Shown one piece after another: positions 30,062-40,501 of a DNA stretch of 64,000 nucleotides (position 1 is its first letter; every line of letters begins with the position of its first letter). A model generated the notes under the pieces. That model was not told the DNA's origin and did not search any database. It was given only the letters and a program-made list of their open reading frames with translations. Source of the stretch: Spirochaetia bacterium. GTDB lineage: Bacteria > Spirochaetota > Spirochaetia > UBA9216. The position numbers were made by a program, and so were the translations under genes. The stretch covers positions 768,001 to 832,000 of the forward strand of contig OZ223269.1 of the NCBI GenBank assembly GCA_965140585.1, given 5' to 3'.

Positions 30062-31204
30062 ATGGATTACAATGCCCATAGTTCTATAATACAGATTATT
30101 GATTCAACTCTAAGAGATGGTGAGCAGGCTCCGGGAATTTTTTTTACGATAGAGGAAAAGAAAAGAATTGCAATGCTTCTCTCGGAATCAGGAGTTGATC
30201 TGATAGAAGCAGGTATTCCTGCAATGGGAGCGGATTCTGTCAGCTTTTTAAAATGGTGTTCAAAAAGAGGGATAAATGCCTCCTGCTGGTGCCGAGCCGC
30301 TGAACAGGATATTGATCTTGCAGAAAAAACAGGTCTTGGGACAGTACACATAAGTTTCCCTCTATCAGATATACATCTGAATGTCTTTAATAAAAGCAGA
30401 ACCTGGCTTTTCGATAATATATGCAGTTTATATGATTATGCTGAATCTAAATTTGCTAATGTAAATATTGGTTTCATGGATATTTCCAGGGCTGACCGTC
30501 TGCTGCTTGAAACAGTTATCAGGACTGCAGATAGGTGCGGATATTCCATGATAAGACTCGCTGATACTGCGGGAATAATGACTCCTGATGATATTTTTAA
30601 ACTGGGCAGTCTTTTATATGAATATAAGCCGAAACTGGAAATGCATGCACATAATGATTTGGGAATGGCAACTGCTAATGCAGTCACAGCTGTAAATCAG
30701 GGTTTCTCAGCCGTAAGCGTAACAGTTTCAGGAATCGGTGAGCGTGCCGGAAACGCAAGACTTGAAGAAGTTGCTGCCTATCTCGATGTTAATAAAAAAA
30801 GAAGTTTTGAACTAAGAAAGCTTAATCATCTATGTAAGCTGATATCAGAAATAACCGGAAGGGATATACCACTTGATAAACCAGTTACCGGTCAAAATAT
30901 TTTTTCTCACAAATCAGGCATTCATGTAGCGGGTACGTTACAAAATCCAACAGCTTTCATGCCTTTTAACCCTGAAGAGAAGGGGCTTGGAAGTATTAAA
31001 CTTTCCGCAGGCTCACACAGCGGGAGAAAGGCTGTTAAGCATATACTTGCTCAAAAATCAATATTTATCAGTGATTATCAATCTGAGATTATTCTTGACC
31101 TGGTCAGAAAAGAATCTTCAGCCAGAAAAAGAGATCTAAACCAAGAGGAAATTGAGAGAATATACTATGAGTTTGAACACAGCAGAAAATCTGCCGCAAT
31201 ATAA
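30062..31204 (+). CDS. nifV: Homocitrate synthase
   Basis: DSTLRDGEQAPG, LADTAG, HAHNDLGMATAN, GERAGNA; nif context. Confidence 0.88.
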   Translation: MDYNAHSSIIQIIDSTLRDGEQAPGIFFTIEEKKRIAMLLSESGVDLIEAGIPAMGADSVSFLKWCSKRGINASCWCRAAEQDIDLAEKTGLGTVHISFPLSDIHLNVFNKSRTWLFDNICSLYDYAESKFANVNIGFMDISRADRLLLETVIRTADRCGYSMIRLADTAGIMTPDDIFKLGSLLYEYKPKLEMHAHNDLGMATANAVTAVNQGFSAVSVTVSGIGERAGNARLEEVAAYLDVNKKRSFELRKLNHLCKLISEITGRDIPLDKPVTGQNIFSHKSGIHVAGTLQNPTAFMPFNPEEKGLGSIKLSAGSHSGRKAVKHILAQKSIFISDYQSEIILDLVRKESSARKRDLNQEEIERIYYEFEHSRKSAAI

Positions 31205-32771
31205 CGGCTGTTCTGATTGCGAATCCTGCAATAAATACCAGCTTAATCTTCTCTTTGAAATCAGCCGTTTACTATTGAGCGAAGATGATCTGTCGGTCGT
31301 CCTAAACACAATGCTAAAACGGCTGTCATCATTTCTTAATTTAAAAAGCAGTACCATAACAATCTTTAATAGAAAAACTGGAAATATTTCGATTGAAGAA
31401 GGTTTCGGTATTTCGGCCGAACAGCGTGCCCTGGGAGTATATAAGCCCGGAGAGGGAATTACCGGAAATGTAATAGAAACCGGTTTGCCTTCCGTAATTC
31501 CGGATATCTCACGTGAACCGAAGTTTCTTAATAGAACAAAATCTTTTCCGGAGGGGCAGGAAAAAAAGAAGACTGCATTTATTTCAGTTCCAGTAAAAGC
31601 GGGAAAAGAAGTCATAGGTACACTCAATGCTGAGAAAATAAATGAAAATACAGAAAGCCTGGAAGATGAGCTGTATCTGATTCAGATTGTAGCTGCTATG
31701 ATTTCCCAGGCTGTTCAGCTGTACCAGGCTCATCATGAAGAGAATGAACAGCTTCAGCTTGAAAATGAAAGGCTGCATAGAGAACTACAGGATAAATTTA
31801 ACCAGAACCTGTTTATTGGTACCTCAAAGGTTATTCGAAGGGTATTCGACTATGTCAATAAAATAGCCGATACTGTTGCAACCGTGCTGATTCTTGGTGA
31901 AAGCGGGGTTGGAAAGGAGCTTGTCGCAAAATCCATTCACTATGCAAGTAACCGGAAGAATAAACCCTTTGTAAAGCTTAACTGCGCTGCTCTTCCTGAA
32001 TCTATAATAGAAAGCGAATTATTCGGTCATGAGAAGGGTGCCTTTACAGGAGCGGTTAGAGAGAGAAAAGGCCGTTTTGAACTTGCACAGGGAGGAACTA
32101 TCTTTCTTGATGAGGTAGGAGAACTTAGTCTTAATGTTCAGACGAAATTACTAAGGGTTCTTCAGGAGCGTGAATTTGAACGTGTGGGCGGTACTCAGAC
32201 AATTAAATGCGATGTAAGAGTTATTACTGCAACAAACCGTAATCTTGAAGATGAAATTAAAAACGGAAATTTCCGGGAAGACCTCTATTACCGGCTTAAT
32301 ATTATACCAATAACAGTACCTCCTCTACGGGAGCGGAAATCGGATATTCCACTTTTGGTTAATCATTTTATAGAAAAATATAATGCACTTAATAATAAAA
32401 ATGTCCGCCGAATTTCAACACCTGCAATTGATATGCTTTTTTCCTATCATTGGCCGGGGAATATCCGTGAACTTGAAAACTGTATGGAACATGCTGTTAT
32501 TCTCAGCGAGGATAATGTTATTCACGGTTATCATCTACCGCCGACTCTTCAGATGAGAGTTCCTAAAAGTACCGGGAGTAAAACTGATCGCGGTTCAATG
32601 CAGCAGCAGCTGGACGCACTGGAGTATGAACTGCTGGTTGAAGCTTTAAAAGCTGCTAATGGTAATCTTTCGGAAGCGGCAAAAGAGCTTGGATTAACCA
32701 ACAGGATGATAGGTGTACGAATGCAGAAATACGGGCTTGATTATAAAAACTATCGAAAGTACCGGAAATAA
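31167..32771 (+). CDS. nifA: sigma54-dependent nitrogenase activator (GAF-AAA+-HTH; NifA family, AnfA-like)
   Basis: GAF (GEGITG), GESGVGKE, GAFTGA, FREDLYYRLN, WPGNIRELEN, HTH; N-terminal CSDCESC; start overlaps nifV end. Confidence 0.9.
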   Translation: MSLNTAENLPQYNGCSDCESCNKYQLNLLFEISRLLLSEDDLSVVLNTMLKRLSSFLNLKSSTITIFNRKTGNISIEEGFGISAEQRALGVYKPGEGITGNVIETGLPSVIPDISREPKFLNRTKSFPEGQEKKKTAFISVPVKAGKEVIGTLNAEKINENTESLEDELYLIQIVAAMISQAVQLYQAHHEENEQLQLENERLHRELQDKFNQNLFIGTSKVIRRVFDYVNKIADTVATVLILGESGVGKELVAKSIHYASNRKNKPFVKLNCAALPESIIESELFGHEKGAFTGAVRERKGRFELAQGGTIFLDEVGELSLNVQTKLLRVLQEREFERVGGTQTIKCDVRVITATNRNLEDEIKNGNFREDLYYRLNIIPITVPPLRERKSDIPLLVNHFIEKYNALNNKNVRRISTPAIDMLFSYHWPGNIRELENCMEHAVILSEDNVIHGYHLPPTLQMRVPKSTGSKTDRGSMQQQLDALEYELLVEALKAANGNLSEAAKELGLTNRMIGVRMQKYGLDYKNYRKYRK

Positions 32772-32777
32772 TAAAAA

Positions 32778-32933
32778 TACATATATGTAGAAAAAGGATT
32801 AAAATAGGATTTTTAGTCCTTTTTTTTTTACCTTTCTGTAAAAACTTGTTTCTGCCTATTTATACACAGATGTAAAAATGTAAATAAAGTTCTCCGGAAA
32901 ATACAATAATGTAAATTATATAACGTTTTGATA
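32778..32933. promoter_or_regulatory. Four TAC-N6-GTA sites plus IHF-type site upstream of nifH
   Basis: Sites at 32778-89, 32829-40, 32863-74, 32902-13; minus-strand TATCAA-AACG-TTA at 32921-33 matches WATCAANNNNTTR. Confidence 0.7.
32791..32829 (+). terminator. Intrinsic terminator after activator gene
   Basis: AGGATTAAAA-taggat-TTTTAGTCCT followed by long T run. Confidence 0.75.
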
Positions 32934-33043
32934 AACAAAATATACTGTCATAAAACTTTGTTTAACAAAAAATTACGTAAAAATAGATGATATTACGTAG
33001 ATTTAGCAGTAAAACTGACATTTTACAGACATAAAAAGAAAAC

Positions 33044-33060
33044 TTGGCATGTTACCTGCA
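33044..33060 (+). promoter_or_regulatory. sigma54 promoter of nifH operon
   Basis: TTGGCATG-TTAC-CTGCA; shares ACTTGGCATGTT with the modA promoter. Confidence 0.85.
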
Positions 33061-33082
33061 TCATATATGTGACTGCTGATAA

Positions 33083-33958
<876 letters not shown>

Positions 33959-33982
33959 AAGAAGGAAGAGGAGAGAAGAATT

Positions 33983-34309
33983 ATGTTGATGGTAAGATCG
34001 ATAGTTAGACCGGAAAAAGCACAGGATGTACTTGATGCTCTTCTGGAAGCCGGATATCCGGCTGTAACAAGAGTTAATGTAGCAGGACGCGGTCAGCAGC
34101 GCGGTATCAAGGTCGGTGAAATAATGTACGACGAACTGCCTAAAGAGCTTCTTATGATGGTTGTACCTAATTCAGAGAAGGATATTGTCATTAAAGTTGT
34201 TCTCGATAACGCCAAATCCACTGAAAGCGGGACATACGGTGACGGTAAAATATTCATCACGGAAGTAGAAGAAACTTACACAATCAGCTCCGGATTTAAG
34301 GAGATGTAA
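33983..34309 (+). CDS. nifI1: PII-family nitrogenase regulator
   Basis: IVRPEK, GRGQQRG, YDELPK, GDGKIF; between nifH and nifD. Confidence 0.93.
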   Translation: MLMVRSIVRPEKAQDVLDALLEAGYPAVTRVNVAGRGQQRGIKVGEIMYDELPKELLMMVVPNSEKDIVIKVVLDNAKSTESGTYGDGKIFITEVEETYTISSGFKEM

Positions 34310-34686
34310 TGAAAGAGATAATGGCTGTTATTCGTATGAATAAGATAAATGAAACCAAGCGTGCTTTAAGCAGTGTAGGTTTCTCCGGATTTACCGCAAC
34401 GGGAAGAGTTCTCGGCCGCGGTAAGGGCTTTGTTGACTATCAGGTTATAAAGGGTGCCCAGGAGGGCTACCAGGAAGCTATTTCACAGCTTGGCGGAGGT
34501 CCGAGGCTGGTCCCGAAAAGGCTGATAACGCTTGTAGTTAATGATGATAAAAAGGATTTGGCTATTCAGACTATCATCAAGATAAACAAGACAGGAAATC
34601 CTGGAGACGGAAAGATATTTGTTTTCCCTGTAGCTGAAAGCATCAGGGTTAGAACCGGCGAAAAAGGCGAGAAAACACTCGATTGA
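34309..34686 (+). CDS. nifI2: PII-family nitrogenase regulator
   Basis: IRMNKINETK, GRGKG, LVPKR, GDGKIFV, RVRTGE. Confidence 0.93.
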   Translation: MKEIMAVIRMNKINETKRALSSVGFSGFTATGRVLGRGKGFVDYQVIKGAQEGYQEAISQLGGGPRLVPKRLITLVVNDDKKDLAIQTIIKINKTGNPGDGKIFVFPVAESIRVRTGEKGEKTLD

Positions 34687-34709
34687 GTGTTAATAGCAAG
34701 GAATTAGAT

Positions 34710-36335
34710 ATGGCTGAAAATAACAACATAAATTCGGAGGTCTTTAAAGACCGAACAATGGATGTATATCCGGCTAAAGTTTTTAAAAAGAGGGCCAAAC
34801 AGTTCGTCATTAAAAATGATGAACCTTCACAGCAGATTCAGGCCAACGTAAGAACCATACCCGGAATAATCACACAGCGCGGTTGCTGTTATGCAGGCTG
34901 TAAGGGCGTAGTTTTAGGTCCTACCAGAGACATCATAAACATAACCCACGGACCTATCGGCTGCGGATTTTACTCCTGGCTTACAAGACGTAATCAGACC
35001 AGACCTGAAGACAGTCCGGGTCAGGAAAACTTTATGCCCTACTGTTTTTCTACAGACATGCAGGACGAGAATATCGTATTCGGAGGTGAAAAACTTCTGA
35101 AGCAGGCAATTAAGGAAGCCTATGATATTTTTAAACCAAAAGCGATAGCTATCTTTTCAACCTGTCCTGTAGGACTTATAGGTGATGATATTCATGCTGT
35201 TGCAAAGGAAATGAAAGAAACATTCGGCGACTGTAACGTCTTCGGTTTTTCATGTGAAGGCTACAAAGGTGTAAGCCAGTCGGCAGGTCACCATATTGCG
35301 AACAATCAGATATTCAAGCATGTGGTCGGAACAAAGGAAGAAGGCAAGCAGGGTAAATACAAAATCAACCTTCTTGGAGAATACAACATCGGTGGTGATG
35401 CTTTTGTTATTGAAAACCTGCTTGAAAAATGCGGAATTACACTTGTTTCAACTTACAGCGGTAATTCTTCAATAGATCATTTTGCTTCATCACATACTGC
35501 CGACTTGAACACAATTATGTGTCACAGGTCTATCAACTACGTGGCCGAGATGATGGAGAAAAAATACGGTATTCCCTGGATTAAGGTGAATTTTATCGGT
35601 GCAGAGGCCACCGCAAAATCACTTAGAAAGATTGCCGGATACTTCGAAGACACTGAACTTATGGAAAAGGTTGAAGAAGTAATTGCTGAAGAAATTGCCG
35701 GCGTCGAGGCTGTAATTGATGAAATCAGACCAAGAACTGAAGGGAAATCAACAATGCTTTTTGTCGGCGGTTCAAGAGCACATCATTACCAGGAGCTTTT
35801 CAGAGAGCTTGGAATGAAGGTTCTTGCTGCAGGCTATGAGTTCGGACACCGTGATGACTATGAAGGTCGCCATGTGCTGCCTACCATCAAAGTCGATGCA
35901 GACAGCCGGAACATTGAAGAGCTTGCAGTAGAACCGGATCCGGAGAAATACAGCCCGAGAAAAACAGAGGAAGAAAAGGCCGCCCTTGAGGCAAAAGGTG
36001 TAACTTTCAGTGATTACGAAGGACTGTGGCCTGAGATGGAAAACGGAACTTATGTGATTGATGATATCAGTCATTATGAAATGGAAAAGCTGGTTGAAGA
36101 GTATCATCCTGATATCTTCTGTGCTGGTATTAAAGAGAAATATGCTGTGCAGAAAATGGGTATTCCTCTGAAACAGCTTCATAGTTATGACTACGGCGGA
36201 CCTTATGCAGGTTTTGTAGGTGCTATTAACTGGTACAGAGAAATAGACAGAATGACCAGCAGCAAGATTTTCAGTTTAATCGGCGCGCCATGGGAAAAAA
36301 ATAAATCGCTGTACGGCAGCTTTATAAAGAAATAG
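34710..36335 (+). CDS. nifD: Mo-nitrogenase alpha chain (anaerobe/group II type with insertion)
   Basis: RGCCYAGCKG, HGPIGC, CPVGLIGDD, GVSQSAGH, MCHRS, QLHSYD; insertion around DADSRNIEE. Confidence 0.97.
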   Translation: MAENNNINSEVFKDRTMDVYPAKVFKKRAKQFVIKNDEPSQQIQANVRTIPGIITQRGCCYAGCKGVVLGPTRDIINITHGPIGCGFYSWLTRRNQTRPEDSPGQENFMPYCFSTDMQDENIVFGGEKLLKQAIKEAYDIFKPKAIAIFSTCPVGLIGDDIHAVAKEMKETFGDCNVFGFSCEGYKGVSQSAGHHIANNQIFKHVVGTKEEGKQGKYKINLLGEYNIGGDAFVIENLLEKCGITLVSTYSGNSSIDHFASSHTADLNTIMCHRSINYVAEMMEKKYGIPWIKVNFIGAEATAKSLRKIAGYFEDTELMEKVEEVIAEEIAGVEAVIDEIRPRTEGKSTMLFVGGSRAHHYQELFRELGMKVLAAGYEFGHRDDYEGRHVLPTIKVDADSRNIEELAVEPDPEKYSPRKTEEEKAALEAKGVTFSDYEGLWPEMENGTYVIDDISHYEMEKLVEEYHPDIFCAGIKEKYAVQKMGIPLKQLHSYDYGGPYAGFVGAINWYREIDRMTSSKIFSLIGAPWEKNKSLYGSFIKK

Positions 36336-36344
36336 GAGAGGGTC

Positions 36345-37730
36345 ATGTTACTTAGACATACAACCGCAGAAGTAGCGGAAAGAAAAGCGTTAACAGTTAA
36401 TCCGGCAAAAACTTGTCAGCCAGTTGGAGCAATGTATGCTGCGCTTGGTATTCACGGATGTCTGCCGCATAGCCATGGCTCCCAGGGATGCTGTGCATAT
36501 CACCGTTCGGCATTAACCAGACATTATAAAGAGCCTGTTATGGCAGGCACCAGTTCCTTTACAGAAGGTGCTTCTGTATTCGGCGGCCAGGCAAACCTTA
36601 TCACAGCACTTAATACAATGTTCAGTGTATACAATCCTGACATGATAGCCGTTCATACGACCTGTCTGTCGGAAACCATCGGTGATGATGTCAGTCAGAT
36701 TGCTACAAAGGCAAAGGAAGACGGTAAAATTCCTGAGGGGAAAAAAGTAATTCAGTGCAGCACCCCTTCTTATGTAGGTTCTCATGTAACCGGATTTTCA
36801 TCCATGACAGCAGCATTTGCAAAGGCTTTCTGTGTTGATGCTGAGGAAAAAACCAACCAGGTAAACATTGTTCCGGGCTGGGTTGAACCTTCGGATATGC
36901 GTGAAATCAAAAGAATAACGAGAGAGATGCGGGTTGCCAATGTAATGTTCCCTGATACTTCAAATGTACTTGATACGCCCATGACCGGTGTACACGATAT
37001 GTTTCCAAAGGGCGGTACAAAAGTTGAAGAACTTGAGACTATCGGAAAGAGCCATTACAGTTTTGCTCTCGGCAGTTTTGCAAGCGAAGCCGCTGTAAAT
37101 GAAATAAAGAAGATAGCAAAAGTTCCTTATGAAGTGATGGATCTTCCAATAGGAATAAGAGCAACCGACAGGTTTCTTATGAAGATGGCCGAAGTTACAG
37201 GTCACCCTGTACCAGATTCCATTACAGATGAGCGTGGTCGTGTTGTTGATGTACTTTCAGATATGCAGCAGTACCTCTACGGTAAAAAAGTCGGTATCTA
37301 CGGTGATCCCGATCAGCTTATTCCTCTTACCGAGTTTTTAATCGATATGGGTATGAAACCTGTACACATTGTATCAGGAACTCCGGGTAAGAAATTCATG
37401 AAGAAGATAAATGAAGTTTTTGAAGCTGGAGATTTTTCAACTGAGAACGTTAAAAACGGCCCCAGGGCCGATATGTTTCTTCTTCACCAGTGGATTAAAA
37501 ATGAACCAATCGATCTTCTGATCGGTAATTCATACGGCAAATATATTGCCAGGGATGAAGATATTCCTTTCATGAGGATGGGATTCCCTATTTATGACAG
37601 AATCGGTCACCAGTATTCACCGACTGTCGGATACACAGGCGCAATGCGCATTGTAGAAAAGATCCTTAACCTAATGATGGACAGACAGGACAGAGATGCT
37701 CCTGAGGAAAGATTTGAGCTAGTAATGTAA
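36345..37730 (+). CDS. nifK: Mo-nitrogenase beta chain
   Basis: NPAKTCQPVGA, HGSQGCC, TTCLSETIGDD, GFPIYDR, ERFELVM. Confidence 0.97.
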   Translation: MLLRHTTAEVAERKALTVNPAKTCQPVGAMYAALGIHGCLPHSHGSQGCCAYHRSALTRHYKEPVMAGTSSFTEGASVFGGQANLITALNTMFSVYNPDMIAVHTTCLSETIGDDVSQIATKAKEDGKIPEGKKVIQCSTPSYVGSHVTGFSSMTAAFAKAFCVDAEEKTNQVNIVPGWVEPSDMREIKRITREMRVANVMFPDTSNVLDTPMTGVHDMFPKGGTKVEELETIGKSHYSFALGSFASEAAVNEIKKIAKVPYEVMDLPIGIRATDRFLMKMAEVTGHPVPDSITDERGRVVDVLSDMQQYLYGKKVGIYGDPDQLIPLTEFLIDMGMKPVHIVSGTPGKKFMKKINEVFEAGDFSTENVKNGPRADMFLLHQWIKNEPIDLLIGNSYGKYIARDEDIPFMRMGFPIYDRIGHQYSPTVGYTGAMRIVEKILNLMMDRQDRDAPEERFELVM

Positions 37731-37771
37731 GCGTATTGCTAGAGCAATAGCTTAAGCTAAAGAGGACAACT

Positions 37772-39151
37772 ATGGCAGACAGCCTAATCAAAGAAAGAAG
37801 ACAGCAGGTCTTCAGAAAAGGAACAGACAATTTTGTAATAACAGGCGAGAAGGTATCAGCTGCAGGTTCAGTAAGTCAGAGAGCCTGTGTATTCTGCGGG
37901 TCGAGGGTGGTTCTTTATCCGATAGCCGATGCACTTCATCTTGTACACGGTCCAATCGGCTGTGCGGCTTATACCTGGGATATAAGGGGTGCCCTGAGTT
38001 CAGGTCCTGAGCTTCACCGGAAAAGTTTTTCAACCGATTTGAGAGAAGATGATGTCATCTTCGGAGGAGAGAAGAAACTCTCAGCCGCAATGGAATCTCT
38101 GATTCCAGAATACAAACCTTCTGCTGTTTTTGTCTACAGCACATGTATCGTCGGTATCATCAGTGATGATGTAGAGGCTGTCTGCCGGAAAACCTCAGAG
38201 AAATTTAATATTCCTGTTATACCCGTTCATTCGGAGGGGTTTAAAGGAACAAAGAAAGACGGATACAAGGCGGCATGTAATGCTTTAAGCAGACTGATAC
38301 ACCTTAAGTCCGATGTTGATAAGGTCCCTGTAAAAAGGGAACCTGTCATAAACATACTGGGCGAGTTTAATCTTGCCGGTGAAGCATGGATGATACAGAG
38401 CTACTACGACGCAATCGGTGTCAAGGTATGCGCGGTTCTTACTGGCGACGGAAGGGTCGAAAGGATACAGAACTCCTACCGATCCGCATTAAATGTAGTT
38501 CAGTGCTCCGGTTCACTTAAGTTCCTGGCTGAGGACATGGAGAAAGATTACGGTATACCTTTTAAACAGGTATCCTATTTTGGTATCGAAGATACAGCAG
38601 AAGCCCTGTATACAGTAGCTGAGTTTTTCAGCGAAGTACCGGGAATTCTGGAAAAGACCAGAGAATTTGTACATGGTCAGCTGAAAGAAACTTATCCGAA
38701 GCTGATGAAATATAAAGCCGGACTTTCCGGTAAAAAAGCCGCAGTTTATGTAGGCGGCGCGTTCAAGGCAATCAGCCTTCTGAAGTCACTTAAGTATCTG
38801 GGAGTAAAAGTAGTCCTTATGGGCTCGCAGACAGGTACCACCGAGGATTATGAGGAAATGAAAGAGCTCGCAGATCCCGGAACAATTATCGTAGATGATT
38901 CAAATCCATCTGAACTCGCTCAATTTATTGAAGAACTTGGAGTAGATCTGTTTATAGGCGGGGTAAAGGAAAGACCTATGGCTTTCAAACTGGGAGTAGG
39001 TTTCTGTGATCATAATCATGAACGCAAGATAGCTCTTACCGGTTTTGAAGGAATGCTCAATTTTGCAGAAGAGGTCTACAGCACATTAAACACTCCGGTA
39101 TGGGATGTTATGAAAGAAGCAAGGAGGAATAATCCATGGACCACACAGTAA
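37772..39151 (+). CDS. nifE: FeMo-co scaffold subunit
   Basis: SQRACVFCG, HGPIGCAAYTW, STCIVG, QCSGS, CDHNHER. Confidence 0.95.
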   Translation: MADSLIKERRQQVFRKGTDNFVITGEKVSAAGSVSQRACVFCGSRVVLYPIADALHLVHGPIGCAAYTWDIRGALSSGPELHRKSFSTDLREDDVIFGGEKKLSAAMESLIPEYKPSAVFVYSTCIVGIISDDVEAVCRKTSEKFNIPVIPVHSEGFKGTKKDGYKAACNALSRLIHLKSDVDKVPVKREPVINILGEFNLAGEAWMIQSYYDAIGVKVCAVLTGDGRVERIQNSYRSALNVVQCSGSLKFLAEDMEKDYGIPFKQVSYFGIEDTAEALYTVAEFFSEVPGILEKTREFVHGQLKETYPKLMKYKAGLSGKKAAVYVGGAFKAISLLKSLKYLGVKVVLMGSQTGTTEDYEEMKELADPGTIIVDDSNPSELAQFIEELGVDLFIGGVKERPMAFKLGVGFCDHNHERKIALTGFEGMLNFAEEVYSTLNTPVWDVMKEARRNNPWTTQ

Positions 39152-40491
39152 ATCCATGTAAAACATGTTCACCGTTGGGAGCCTCCCTTGCAATGAAAGG
39201 GGTAAAAAACAGCATGTGCATTCTTCACGGTTCACAGGGCTGTTCAACATATATAAGACGGTTTTTAATCGGACATTTCAGGGAACCGATTGATATTGCT
39301 TCTTCATCATTTGATGAAAACACAGCTGTATTCGGCGGTAAGGATAACCTTCTCAAAGGTCTGGAAAATATGATTCAGAAGTATAATCCGGAGGTTATAG
39401 GAATTGCAACATCATGCCTTGCCGAGACTATCGGCGAAGATGTCGGAATGTATATGAAGGAAATGCCAGAAAAAGACAAGCGTGTATACATTCATGCTGA
39501 GACTGCTTCCTATAGAGGAACACATGTTGATGGTTTTATGAAGATGGTTTCTTCAATAGCCGGTCTGGCTCAATCACCTGAGCTGAAACATCAGAGTGAC
39601 AAGTTCAAGCTGAATATAATTCCATGGATGTTAAGCCCTGGAGATCTCAGACATCTTAAGTACATGCTTAAGAGTATGAATATTGAAGCTGTCATGCTGC
39701 CTGATTACAGTGAAACGCTTGACGGAGGTTCCTGGGAAAAGCACAATCCGATTCCTCCAGGCGGAACCTCACTCGATGATATCAGAGCTATGGGATGTGC
39801 CGATTACACAATACAGTTTGGCTTGCATTCAACCAGGCTGGCAAATCCGGCCGGAATAATAAAGGTTAAAACAGATGTAAACTATTCTGTTCTTCCGCTT
39901 CCAATAGGAATACGAAATACAGATCTATTTATAAATGAGATTAAAAAAGCAGCAGAAGCATGCGGCAAAAAAATTGAACTGCCTGAAGAAATGAAGAATA
40001 ACAGGGCAAGACTGCTTGATGCTTATTCAGATTCACACCGTTATTTTTCCAACTGCAATGCGGCAGTATACGGTGAATTTGATTTCGTTTCCGGTATGGC
40101 CTCTTTTTTAAATGAAATAGGGATTATTCCGTCATTATGCATGACCGGAGAAAAAATATCAGAAGCTGATGAACAGGAATTCATTACGTTACAGACGAAG
40201 AATGGCAATCCTGAATGCAGAATTATGGTCGATGAAGATTTTTCCGGGCTGGATAAGGCTGCTGAAGAAGGAAAAATCGATCTGCTTATTGGTAATTCAA
40301 AAGGATACAAAACCGCTAGAGCACTGGGTATTCCTATGATAAGGGCCGGATTTCCCATTACTGACAGATTCGGAGGTCAGCGTAAGGTACATGTCGGATA
40401 TGAAGGAGCTTTACGGCTTCTTGATGAAACAGCAAACACTATTTTAGCCAAAAGACAGGAACTTTCTCCGGTCGGCTATATGAGCATGTAG
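39136..40491 (+). CDS. nifN: FeMo-co scaffold subunit
   Basis: NPCKTCSPLGA, HGSQGCSTY, HFREP, GFPITDRFGGQR. Confidence 0.93.
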   Translation: MDHTVNPCKTCSPLGASLAMKGVKNSMCILHGSQGCSTYIRRFLIGHFREPIDIASSSFDENTAVFGGKDNLLKGLENMIQKYNPEVIGIATSCLAETIGEDVGMYMKEMPEKDKRVYIHAETASYRGTHVDGFMKMVSSIAGLAQSPELKHQSDKFKLNIIPWMLSPGDLRHLKYMLKSMNIEAVMLPDYSETLDGGSWEKHNPIPPGGTSLDDIRAMGCADYTIQFGLHSTRLANPAGIIKVKTDVNYSVLPLPIGIRNTDLFINEIKKAAEACGKKIELPEEMKNNRARLLDAYSDSHRYFSNCNAAVYGEFDFVSGMASFLNEIGIIPSLCMTGEKISEADEQEFITLQTKNGNPECRIMVDEDFSGLDKAAEEGKIDLLIGNSKGYKTARALGIPMIRAGFPITDRFGGQRKVHVGYEGALRLLDETANTILAKRQELSPVGYMSM

Positions 40492-40501
40492 GAGTGCAAT
40501 T

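Noticed and set aside
32910-32925. Canonical NifA UAS
   Set aside because: Best match is TGT-N10-ACG, single and imperfect, overlapping a TAC-N6-GTA site
37733-37760. Terminator between nifK and nifE
   Set aside because: Short AT-rich hairpins with no U-tract; at most an mRNA-stability element
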